A stretch of DNA of 64,000 bases. Source: an uncultured Roseivirga sp. (GTDB lineage Bacteria; Bacteroidota; Bacteroidia; Cytophagales; Cyclobacteriaceae). The DNA lies in NCBI GenBank assembly GCA_947493005.1, contig CANLOY010000002.1, positions 461,810 to 525,809 on the forward strand, read 5' to 3'. This document shows positions 50,114 through 59,000 of the stretch, piece after piece. The position numbers and the translations under genes are program-made. Below the pieces are notes generated by a model. It did no database searches. It was not told the DNA's origin and saw only the letters and a list, made by a program, of their open reading frames with translations. Numbering within the stretch: position 1 is the first letter of the stretch; every line of letters begins with the position of its first letter.

Positions 50114-50715
50114 TTATCAATAATATGCTCTGCTTCACTTTCTGGTTTATGCCCAAACCAAGTATCTAAGATATCATATTCTTTATTGAAGATCACAAAT
50201 GTTGGTGTACCTCTGAACTGATTCAGGTGAAAAGTCAAAGCGATATGCTCAAAGTTCTTATAATACACCCTCACTCTGTCCTGAAGAAGTTCCTTATCAT
50301 AAGAAGACCAATAATCATAATTGGGATTAGTTTTACAAACTTCCTCAATCACATCCTCCACTAGGAAAGCTTCCGGTTTCACAAGACGATCCATTAATAC
50401 CGTGTAAGTCACGGGCAAATTGGACTTATCAATTCCATAGGCGATATCTGCTTTCTCCACCTCTCCAACCAATTGGTTTTCTTCGATAAGTTGTTTCGTA
50501 TTACCTACAGAGTTCAATGCAAAGTCTTCAAAGGCGGTTGACATAGCTGTAAAACTCAAATTCTCACTGTACTTTCTTCTCAGCTGCTCAATCAATGGAA
50601 ATCCGTGGGTAAAACACCCTGGGCAATTTACCTGAAACAAGTAGAGTAAGTTGACCTCTTTTATTTCAAACTCCTTATTCCAGTATTGATCAAATTCTAG
50701 TCTCAGTTTCCTCAT
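50086..50715 (-). CDS. Thioredoxin-fold (TlpA/peroxiredoxin-like) protein with CPGC motif (track start 50724)
   Basis: FQVNCPGC, STAFEDF, RGTPT cis-Pro loop; no signal peptide. Confidence 0.75.
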   Translation of the reverse strand: MRKLRLEFDQYWNKEFEIKEVNLLYLFQVNCPGCFTHGFPLIEQLRRKYSENLSFTAMSTAFEDFALNSVGNTKQLIEENQLVGEVEKADIAYGIDKSNLPVTYTVLMDRLVKPEAFLVEDVIEEVCKTNPNYDYWSSYDKELLQDRVRVYYKNFEHIALTFHLNQFRGTPTFVIFNKEYDILDTWFGHKPESEAEHIIDKWIGNHPLT

Positions 50716-50717
50716 CA

Positions 50718-50969
50718 CTAACAATCACAAGTAAAATCATCCATATGCTCATATCCTGGTAAGAAATCACCATCAATACTTGCAATCAAAGATGTATCAA
50801 TAATATCTCCATTGACAGTTTCTATTATATTTCCAGCTACCTTCTTTATCACAGTATGCACAGTATGAAATTCACGGATTCCATTAAAATATTGAATCTG
50901 AACATACAAACGTTTTAGCCTTAGCTCTTCAACTTGTTTCAATACACTACTCTGCATAGCACTAAACAA
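50718..50969 (-). CDS. Small hypothetical protein ending in FTCDC
   Basis: 83-aa ORF coupled to both neighbours. Confidence 0.7.
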   Translation of the reverse strand: MFSAMQSSVLKQVEELRLKRLYVQIQYFNGIREFHTVHTVIKKVAGNIIETVNGDIIDTSLIASIDGDFLPGYEHMDDFTCDC

Positions 50970-50976
50970 TTATTGA

Positions 50977-51234
50977 CTAACAACCCTGCATTTCTAAAAT
51001 GTAATACCCTTTATTAAGAATAGAATCCTCAATCTCAGGTGTAGCCATTTCAATATGGCAAAACTTACACTCTTTCGCACTTAATGCCTGGCCTGCTTGC
51101 CCTTTCGACTCCAGATATTCTTTTCCAAAGACAACCACTTTTTCAAAGTCTTCCCCATCTTTTGTAATGATGTCGAAGTGCATTACACTGCCGTCTCGTT
51201 TAGTTACATAAGTATCAAAAACTGCTGCTTTCAT
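50977..51234 (-). CDS. DUF2024 family protein
   Basis: VFDTYVTKRDG.VMHFDI, GKEYL, ECKFCH. Confidence 0.9.
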   Translation of the reverse strand: MKAAVFDTYVTKRDGSVMHFDIITKDGEDFEKVVVFGKEYLESKGQAGQALSAKECKFCHIEMATPEIEDSILNKGYYILEMQGC

Positions 51235-52001
51235 TATTTACTACTTTTAGTTATTTCAAATTTCCTTTTCCCGGAGTAAGTCCTTTCTCCTTCTATTCTT
51301 TCTCCCTTTGTATTAATCAGTTCAAGGGATATTGTATGCTCTCCTTCATCAAGCCCATAAATGAAGTATGGTTTCCATTCGGGTAAAACAAATTCATTAT
51401 CATCTATAATTGCTTTAACCCTACTTCCTCTACCTAAGTCCACATTTGCTAAATAAAAATCAAGAAGTATAGGAGTGTTTTCTACATCGTCTACAACATA
51501 TTTACCTTTAGGTCTGCTAAAGAAAATACCGGGTTCCGAAATGGTGCTACTCAAAGCCTCTCCGCTCTCACCAACCACCACTTCTCTTAATTCAAATGCC
51601 TCAGGGTTCTTAATACTCTCATGAAATGACCTTGATAAAAACGCCAGAATTGTATGCTTACCCGGTTCAAGTTCAAGAGCGAACTCCTTGTCATATTTAG
51701 CCATGTAAGGCCTCTCGTCCACTATTAAATGTATATGTTGCCCCTTCTGAGAATTGGCCAGTATTTTGGCTCTTTCTCCAGGTGTTCTTATACCAAGCTG
51801 ATAGTCTTCAACTCTAAACCTCAGCTGAATCTGCTCAAAAACCAGCGAATCATCGGGAGTCAATAACTCAAGTTTTCCATGAGCAGGTTCCGCCCTCTCC
51901 TGTGCAACAACACTTATTTCTGAAGTACTTTTAATATGCTGACAGCTTGAAAGAATCAAGACTGTCAGCATTAAAAGCATTGAACTTTTTAAATTTATCA
52001 T
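51234..52001 (-). CDS. His-motif lipoprotein with two Ig-like modules (DUF4399/DUF6130-like)
   Basis: Lipobox LSSC; GQHIHLIVD and GKHTILAFLSRSFHES; second module with GEHTISLEL. Confidence 0.65.
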   Translation of the reverse strand: MINLKSSMLLMLTVLILSSCQHIKSTSEISVVAQERAEPAHGKLELLTPDDSLVFEQIQLRFRVEDYQLGIRTPGERAKILANSQKGQHIHLIVDERPYMAKYDKEFALELEPGKHTILAFLSRSFHESIKNPEAFELREVVVGESGEALSSTISEPGIFFSRPKGKYVVDDVENTPILLDFYLANVDLGRGSRVKAIIDDNEFVLPEWKPYFIYGLDEGEHTISLELINTKGERIEGERTYSGKRKFEITKSSK

Positions 52002-52007
52002 CAGAAA

Positions 52008-52751
52008 TTATTTCGATACCTTATAAGGCAAGGAAAGATTTCCAGAAGCAACTGAATAAACACTGTAAACTCCAAGGAGTGGCCTATCAGAATCAGAAGT
52101 ATTCACCTGCATATATGCGGCCACTCCATCAAAACTAAATTCTGTCTTATTACTTATTCTATAAAGAGGCACAACCACTTTCATGGTTTTCCCTTTGGTA
52201 ATTACAGGGAAGCCAGGGGAATCCATGTACATAGGCATACCTGGGTTTGTTGGAGGTAATTTTACACTCTTATCATCAGCCTTGAATTGTTTTACAGATA
52301 GGCCACCTGCAACTCGCTTGTCTTCGGTTAACACAACCCAGTGAGAGTGCCATACTACTCCATCATTATCAAGAATTGTATCAAAGTTCTCGTCCCATAA
52401 AGGGGTATCATCAAAATCCGGGTGAGAAGTTAATGCCAAAGCCAGAATACCTTCGGTAGCATTAAAGCCAACATCTTCTGGCTTTAAAGACGTTGGGAAA
52501 ACATAGCCTAAAACCGGAGCACCGTCTAGCTGACCATATGCTTTTGGTATAGATTTGCCGGCCTCTCCTTCAACTTTCACTTCAAATACCAGCTGCTGCA
52601 ACTCATTATTGAGTTTTGCAGTAACTCTTTTGATTTTTAAGTCAGGGGTAGATTTAAAGTTGGCATTGGAATGGAGCTCTACTTGAGCAAAAGAAAGATA
52701 TGGAACTAGAACTCCAATCATCAAAACGGTTAAAAATTTAGATTTCATCAT
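52008..52751 (-). CDS. Conserved secreted hypothetical protein (HPDFDDTP / WHSHW family)
   Basis: SPI signal; ALTSHPDFDDTPLWDEN and VWHSHWVVL motifs. Confidence 0.8.
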   Translation of the reverse strand: MMKSKFLTVLMIGVLVPYLSFAQVELHSNANFKSTPDLKIKRVTAKLNNELQQLVFEVKVEGEAGKSIPKAYGQLDGAPVLGYVFPTSLKPEDVGFNATEGILALALTSHPDFDDTPLWDENFDTILDNDGVVWHSHWVVLTEDKRVAGGLSVKQFKADDKSVKLPPTNPGMPMYMDSPGFPVITKGKTMKVVVPLYRISNKTEFSFDGVAAYMQVNTSDSDRPLLGVYSVYSVASGNLSLPYKVSK

Positions 52752-52759
52752 TTTTTAAA

Positions 52760-52820
52760 TTAGTTAGGATTACTTACTAAATAATAAACCAGAATTCAAG
52801 TAGTTTGGTTCACTAACTAA
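52760..52820. promoter_or_regulatory. Two 21-bp operator-like dyads upstream of the minus-strand operon
   Basis: TTAGTTAGGATTACTTACTAA (52760-52780) and GTAGTTTGGTTCACTAACTAA (52800-52820). Confidence 0.65.
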
Positions 52821-52865
52821 ATTATTTTTTTCTAATATCTATTCTCAGCTAAGAAACTATAGACT

Positions 52866-52881
52866 GATTGTGATTACAATC
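52866..52881. promoter_or_regulatory. Dyad GATTGTGATTACAATC upstream of the doxX-like gene
   Basis: TGT-N4-ACA core shared with the sites at 53335 and 54449. Confidence 0.4.
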
Positions 52882-52914
52882 TTTTAATCAGAAGTGGTTT
52901 TGTTAAATTGAAAT

Positions 52915-53265
52915 ATGGACAATACCTCACTCTACATAATGTCCCTAATGTATATTCTTGCAGGCCTACTCCACTTTTGGAAACCAAAAGCTTATATTAA
53001 AATCATACCCGACTATCTCCCCTATCATTTAGCATTAGTCTATCTGAGTGGGGCGTTTGAAATCTTATTTGCGCTGTTACTTCTTTTTCCAAAAACTCAA
53101 AGCGTTGGTGCATGGGGTATTATTCTAACCTTAATTGGGGTCTTTCCAGCCAATATTTATATGCTCACTTCAAATAAAAAGAAAAAAGCATGGTACATAG
53201 TTATTCTTTGGATCAGACTCCCTATTCAAGCTTTGCTTATCTATTGGGCTTGGCAATTCATCTAA
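52915..53265 (+). CDS. DoxX/MauE-like membrane protein
   Basis: YILAGLLHF, IPDYLP, LSGAFEI, VFPANIYM, RLPIQ. Confidence 0.88.
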   Translation: MDNTSLYIMSLMYILAGLLHFWKPKAYIKIIPDYLPYHLALVYLSGAFEILFALLLLFPKTQSVGAWGIILTLIGVFPANIYMLTSNKKKKAWYIVILWIRLPIQALLIYWAWQFI

Positions 53266-53320
53266 AAACATAAACACCTCTTTCACAGATACTTGTAAAA
53301 AATTTAAAAAAATAATTTCA

Positions 53321-53346
53321 ATGTTTGAACTTTGATGTTTAAACAT
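53321..53346. promoter_or_regulatory. Tandem operator-like sites upstream of the ahpD-like gene
   Basis: ATGTTTGAACTT (53321) and perfect palindrome ATGTTTAAACAT (53335-53346). Confidence 0.55.
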
Positions 53347-53395
53347 TGGTTTTGTATCTGAATTTTAAAACAGAAGAATTAAAACATATATAATT

Positions 53396-53947
53396 ATGAG
53401 AAATTTTGAAGTACCAACAAGAGATCAGGTATCACCAGAAGCACAGGAAATATTTGACAACCTTAAGAGCAAAATCGGAATGATCCCAAATATTTATGCT
53501 ACGATCGGTAACTCTGCAAATGCACTCGGTTCATATTTAACATTTCAGGGAGCTCAAGCTCAAGGCACATATAATGCTAAAGAAAGAGAAGCAGTAGCGC
53601 TAGCAGTTGCTCAAGCCAATGGTTGTTCTTATTGCCAGGCGGCACATACTGCACTTGGTAAAATGAATGGATTCACTGAAGAAGAAACTCTGGATTTAAG
53701 AGCAGGAAACAGTGCCGACAGCAGGTTAAATGCGCTAGTAACTCTTGCCAGAGATATAACCTTAAATAATGGAAGGCCTACATCAGAAAATGTAGAAAAC
53801 TTCTTTGCTCAAGGTTTTGACAATGCTGCACTTGTCGATCTTGTCTTACTAGTTGCGGACAATACCATTACAAACTATGTAAACAATATTACTGGTATTG
53901 CTATAGATTTCCCTGCTGCCAAATCATTGGAACCAGTAGCAGTTTAA
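53396..53947 (+). CDS. AhpD/carboxymuconolactone decarboxylase family protein
   Basis: GMIPNIY, KEREAVALAVAQANGCSYCQAAH. Confidence 0.92.
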   Translation: MRNFEVPTRDQVSPEAQEIFDNLKSKIGMIPNIYATIGNSANALGSYLTFQGAQAQGTYNAKEREAVALAVAQANGCSYCQAAHTALGKMNGFTEEETLDLRAGNSADSRLNALVTLARDITLNNGRPTSENVENFFAQGFDNAALVDLVLLVADNTITNYVNNITGIAIDFPAAKSLEPVAV

Positions 53948-53983
53948 ACCCATAAGAGAACACTAATCAGAATAACAATAAAA

Positions 53984-54355
53984 ATGAAAAAATCATTAAT
54001 GATTGTAGCTATGCTAATCGGATTTGCAGCTACAGGCTTAGCACAAAAGCAAAACGCAAAAGTTATTAAACTTGATCAAACTCCAGGTGAATTTGCCATT
54101 TCAGGGTTAACCCTTAAGCCAGGTAAGTACATTTTCGAAGTTGAAAACAGTGGCGTAGATCATGAAGTTGGCTTTGTGTTAGTACCAGTAAAAAATGGTA
54201 AAGAGGGAGAGCATATAAAAGCTGGTTATTTATCAAAAGCCATTAAAAACGGAGAAAAAGGACGTTCTAAAGTTGTTGAACTGAAAGCAGGAACCTACAA
54301 CTACTTCTGCCCTTTGAACCCAACACCTCATTATCAGATTGTAGTGAAAGAGTAA
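53984..54355 (+). CDS. Secreted cupredoxin-domain protein
   Basis: SPI signal; DHEVGF and LKAGTYNYFCPLNPTPHY. Confidence 0.8.
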   Translation: MKKSLMIVAMLIGFAATGLAQKQNAKVIKLDQTPGEFAISGLTLKPGKYIFEVENSGVDHEVGFVLVPVKNGKEGEHIKAGYLSKAIKNGEKGRSKVVELKAGTYNYFCPLNPTPHYQIVVKE

Positions 54356-54388
54356 ATAAGTAGATTGGTTTATAGCGTTGAGAGAAGT

Positions 54389-54422
54389 GCCATCCACTAA
54401 ATACTGTGGGTGGCCTTTTTTG
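54389..54422 (+). terminator. Intrinsic terminator after the cupredoxin gene
   Basis: GCCATCCAC-loop-GTGGGTGGC followed by T-run. Confidence 0.8.
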
Positions 54423-54448
54423 TTAATGAAACTTGTAAATATGCTTTG

Positions 54449-54460
54449 GTGTTATAACAT
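54449..54460. promoter_or_regulatory. Dyad GTGTTATAACAT upstream of the second marR
   Basis: Same TGTT-WW-AACA core as 53335-53346. Confidence 0.55.
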
Positions 54461-54484
54461 TGTATTTAAAATATTGTAAGCGAG

Positions 54485-54937
54485 ATGACTTTAGAAGAGC
54501 AATTGATCAACTCAGAAACTTTTACAGGTGAGCATCACAAAGCGAGAGTTAACATTTTGTATAGCGGCTATTGGCTTGGGCAACGTATTGCTGAGATCTT
54601 AAAGCCCTATGATATCTCTCTCCAACAATTAGATATTCTCCGAATACTTGAAAGGCAGAATAAAGCCCCTTTGAGTACTCTGGAGATTAGAGAGCAAATG
54701 ATTATTGGAAATGCCGATGCATCGAGACTAGTAGATAAGCTTTGCGCAAAGCAATTGATATGGAAAAAGCCTTGCCCGCATGATGGCCGTAAAGTTCAGG
54801 TTTTTATTGATCAAAAAGGAATAGCACTCTTAACTGTGCTTGACAAAAAAATATCCGGGCTAAACGAAATCACTAATAATCTGAATCAAAAAGAGATTAA
54901 AGTACTTAATCAATTGTTGAATAAGCTAAGGGCTTAA
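54485..54937 (+). CDS. MarR family transcriptional regulator
   Basis: ISLQQLDILRIL, DASRLVDKL, CPHDGRKV. Confidence 0.92.
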   Translation: MTLEEQLINSETFTGEHHKARVNILYSGYWLGQRIAEILKPYDISLQQLDILRILERQNKAPLSTLEIREQMIIGNADASRLVDKLCAKQLIWKKPCPHDGRKVQVFIDQKGIALLTVLDKKISGLNEITNNLNQKEIKVLNQLLNKLRA

Positions 54938-54946
54938 AAAAACACA

Positions 54947-55063
54947 TTGAGGTATAAACCATATATCAAACTAACCATACTCCTTTGTAATATGATGACT
55001 GTAATGGCTGGAGTTACAGTTGCCCCTTCCATTCCAGAAATGATAAAGGTAATTTCTATCTAA
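54947..55063 (+). pseudogene. Truncated 5' remnant of an MFS transporter gene
   Basis: TTG...TAA encodes LRYKPYIKLTILLCNMMTVMAGVTVAPSIPEMIKVISI*, matching the recalled MFS TM1 pattern KLTLLL...TVMAGATIAPSLP. It stops inside the 3' end of the convergent gene. Confidence 0.7.
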
Positions 55064-55508
55064 AAACATACCTGAGGTTTATCCCAAACCCTTTGAACGT
55101 GAAATCTGTATTGTCAATTACTCTAAAGCCTGGTCGCCAATCGATACCTAGGGCAAAAGGCACTTCCTTGAAGTGATACTCTACTCCAACCTCTCCAACA
55201 GCTCCGAACTGAAAATCGTCTCCCAAAGACACGAAAGGTCCTGCTCCTAGATACCAGTTAAGCGCTTCCTCACCTAGAGGTTCAAAGATAAAATCCCACA
55301 AAGCATCTAAACCTAGTTGATTGTCTCCAAAAGAAACGTTCGTATGTAAACGGTCAAATTGTCCAAAAGCAAATACAGCATCAAAAGCGACATTACTGGC
55401 CGTTACATTGCCAAACCTCACTCCTATTTCCTGTCCTTTCACTTGATTAAAAATCACACATGAAAACACCAAACAAACGCATAAAAACAATCTCCTCATA
55501 AACTTCAT
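55056..55508 (-). CDS. Small outer membrane beta-barrel protein (track start 55532)
   Basis: Signal peptide; QEIGVRFG, WYLGAGP, GVEYHF, DWRP; ends LRYVFR. Confidence 0.8.
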   Translation of the reverse strand: MKFMRRLFLCVCLVFSCVIFNQVKGQEIGVRFGNVTASNVAFDAVFAFGQFDRLHTNVSFGDNQLGLDALWDFIFEPLGEEALNWYLGAGPFVSLGDDFQFGAVGEVGVEYHFKEVPFALGIDWRPGFRVIDNTDFTFKGFGINLRYVFR

Positions 55509-55562
55509 TTTAAGCTTATGAGGAGAACGCAAACTTTTAAGGTTTTATGATAACCTACAGCA

Positions 55563-56006
55563 CTATTTGTTCACAGTAATTGTATAGTTACCTGCTATAC
55601 CACTTTCAAGGTTTGCAACAGGGCCATTGAAGCTAAAGCTGAATACAAATGATGTCTCTGTTAAGGTTACAATAGTCACCTCTTTTCCATCCTGAAGGCT
55701 AATGCGTTTCGCTTCTTCATCTACCCATTCCCACGTACCTGTTGCACTGAACAAATTACCTGCATTTGTAGTAGTATATCCCCCATCGGTGATGGACAAG
55801 GCAAAATCTGCATAATTCAAACTTACGTCCTGGCCATCAACCATAATACTCCCCTGACTGAGACCCCAGCTGCCTGCAAGCTTCTCAAAAGCCAGTGCCT
55901 GTGCTGAAGGGCTATCTTCACCTCCATTTTTACAACCAACAAACAAGATTGCCAGGGTAAAAAACATAAGTAGTACTTGAATATATCTCTTAGTTCCAGG
56001 TTCCAT
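55563..56006 (-). CDS. Lipocalin-like lipoprotein
   Basis: Lipobox FVGC; LAGSW motif; GTWEW; starts 11 nt after the adhesin stop. Confidence 0.7.
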   Translation of the reverse strand: MEPGTKRYIQVLLMFFTLAILFVGCKNGGEDSPSAQALAFEKLAGSWGLSQGSIMVDGQDVSLNYADFALSITDGGYTTTNAGNLFSATGTWEWVDEEAKRISLQDGKEVTIVTLTETSFVFSFSFNGPVANLESGIAGNYTITVNK

Positions 56007-56017
56007 TTTCTTAACTT

Positions 56018-59000
56018 TTACTGTCTGATCATAACCTTCTTTTGTATTACCTGATTTTCGGTTCTAAGGAGAATCAGATAAACACCACTGGTATAATTGG
56101 ATACGTCTATTTCTAAAGTATTTTCTTTGAATTTGTTTCTTGAATAATGCTGAAGTCCCTGTAAATCCATCAAGCTGATATCCAAGGGTTTTCCTGAAAA
56201 AGCAGATAAATCTATCGTCAACTTATTGGTTGTTGGGTTAGGATATAAATTAACCTTGGATTCGTCTATCGCTTCATCTTCAACTGCAGTGACTATTGCT
56301 CCATTGGCAGAAACAGCTAATGTACCTGTTCCCCCATTACTATTGATCACAATGTTTCCACTGTAGACAACAGCCGCAGTTGGGCTAAAAGTAATGGTCA
56401 CTACCTGATTGTTACCTGAAGTAATTGTAAGTGGTCCTGCAGATCCACCATAAGCAGTTGGGTAGGTAATGCTGCTTACTGTCAGGTCTGCATCACCATC
56501 ATTGTGAATCGTAATATTAAAGTTTGAGGTCAAGCCCAACGCGGTAGCGGGGATGTTTAAGTCACCTGTAATTCGCATGTCAGGCTCAGCTACATCTATA
56601 ATTGAGATTATAAATGACTTTTCAAACGTACCTCCATTTCCATCATTCGTTCTTAGTCTGATACTGTAACTCGATTTTGCCTCAAAATCAAACACAACTG
56701 CAGCTTTCAATTGACTACCTGTGATAGTAAACGAAGCATTATCCGCATCCCCAGTACCCGATACTAAACTATAGATATGTGTATCCCCTGTGTTGGCATC
56801 TACTGTAGATAACGTACCAGCAACATCTCCAATTGAATTGTTTTCAGTAAAAGAACTATTTGCAGTTATGTTAATATCTGTCGGTGCATTATTGAAACTC
56901 ACATCTACGTATCCACTCGTATTTCCATTACCTGCTTGATCGGTCGCTCTATCTGCTGAAACTGAAACTGAAACTGTGCCAGATGCCGTAGGAGTAATTG
57001 TTGCAGTATAAACACTGCTACTCACTGTGGTAAATCCTCCTAGTGTCCCATTGGTAACACTGATATCTGTACCAACAAAATTTGTTACAGCCTCACTAAA
57101 AGTGAAAGTTGCTATAAATGCTCCGGTCACTGAAGTTGTTGGAGTAGTAATTGTCAGGCTAGGAGCAGTAGCATCATATGTTGTACTTAACTGGCTTGAA
57201 GAAATGTTTGGATTACCAACATTGTCCATCGCTATACCAGGTGGAACATCAACAGTTACTACGCCATTTGCTATCGGAGTGACCTTTAAAGTCCATACTC
57301 GTCCAGCAAGTGTTTGTGTAAAGTCAGAAGCTAATCCATTGCTTAGTACAATATCAGTTAAAACAAATCCACTGACTTCTTCATTATAATCAACAGTAAC
57401 AGTAAAGGCTCCATTGGTAAGCGCACCTACATTATTAGTAAGGGTAACACGTGGCAACTGCCAATCATGCTTAATAGCACGAGTCGCATGCACTCCTAAA
57501 TTACCTGCGATATCCTGTACACTGGCAGTAATTACCTCATTCGGATTAATCCCTTGCTGAGCTGCTGAGGAGAGAGTCACACTCCAAGTATTTGAATTAA
57601 CTGTCGCTGTATATGTAATACCATTAACAACTACATCTACTCGCCCTCCATCTTCTACTCCTAAGGTAGTTCCAGATATAATTGTATTTGTATCATCCTC
57701 AACAGCATTTATCACATCATCTCCAGCTACTGTATTAATAGTAATCGAAGTTGGGAGAACTGTGTCTATTGTAACTCCAAACACCGTGCTCAAACCACTC
57801 ACATTACCTGCTCTATCTGTTGTCTTTGCCGTAATCAAATATGAACCATTTGCTAAAGTAGTCCCGGTATGATCGTACGTCCATACCCCAGAATCATTTG
57901 CCATAGTACTTCCTATACTAGTACCGTCAATAAAGATCTCTACAGTCGAATTGGCCTCTGCAGTACCTGAAAAAACCAGCGTCCTATCTTTGGTTATACC
58001 ATCAGTCAAGCTCAAACCTGTATCATCGCTGATTGATAATACAATCGGTGATAATACAGAGTTATCCACTATCACTGACAACGAAGTACTTAAAGCACTG
58101 ACATTGCCTACTGCATCTGTAGCTTTTGCCGTAATTGAATAAGTAGCATCAGTAAGTGCAGTTCCACTATGATCAAAACTAAAGGCACCCGTTACATCAA
58201 CAGTTGTAGTTCCTATACTAGCTCCATTAATAAAGACTTCTACAGATGAACCTATCTCTCCAGTCCCTCTAAATATCAAAGTATTGTCCATCGTATTCTC
58301 ATCGCTAGCACTTACCCCGCTATCATCACTGATTGATGATAAAATAGGAACTGTTGGGGGAGCGGTGTCAATAGTAAAGTTTGGGGAGTCTTTTATGCCT
58401 ACTCCTGCATTGCCCGCTACATCCGTAACCCCTGTATTATCTACTGTAATCACATTAGTAGCATCTTCAATACCAGCTGTAGGCGTAAAAGTTGCTGTAT
58501 AAGTCTTGCCACCATCTGCTGAACTTACCGCTGTCATTGTACCATTAGGTATTGTCAAGTCAGTATTATCAAAACCAGTCACTACTTCTGAAAAAGTAAT
58601 TGTAACGAGACTCGTCTCTCCTGCGGTAAGAGCATTATCCGCTAAAACAATTGTTACTGTAGGCCTTTTAGTATCTATTGTAAAATTACCTGAATCGGTA
58701 GTACCTGCTCCTGCATTGCCACCTGTATTAGCAACACCTGTGTTATCTACTGTAATCACATTGGTAGCATCTTCAATATCAGTCGTTGGCGTAAAGGTTG
58801 CAGTATAGGTCTTACCACCATCTGATGAGTTTACCGCTGTCATTGTTCCATTAGGTATTGTCAAGTCAGTATTATCAAAACCAGTCACTACTTCTGAAAA
58901 AGTAATTGTCACCAGACTTGTCTCTCCTGCTTTTAAGGCATTATCAGCAAGAACCACAGTAACTGTTGGCACTTTCGTATTGATTGTGAAATTCCCTGAA

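Noticed and set aside
50977-51234. CKFCH in DUF2024 as a c-type heme site
   Set aside because: There is no signal peptide, so it is unlikely to reach cytochrome c maturation; treated as a thiol or metal motif.
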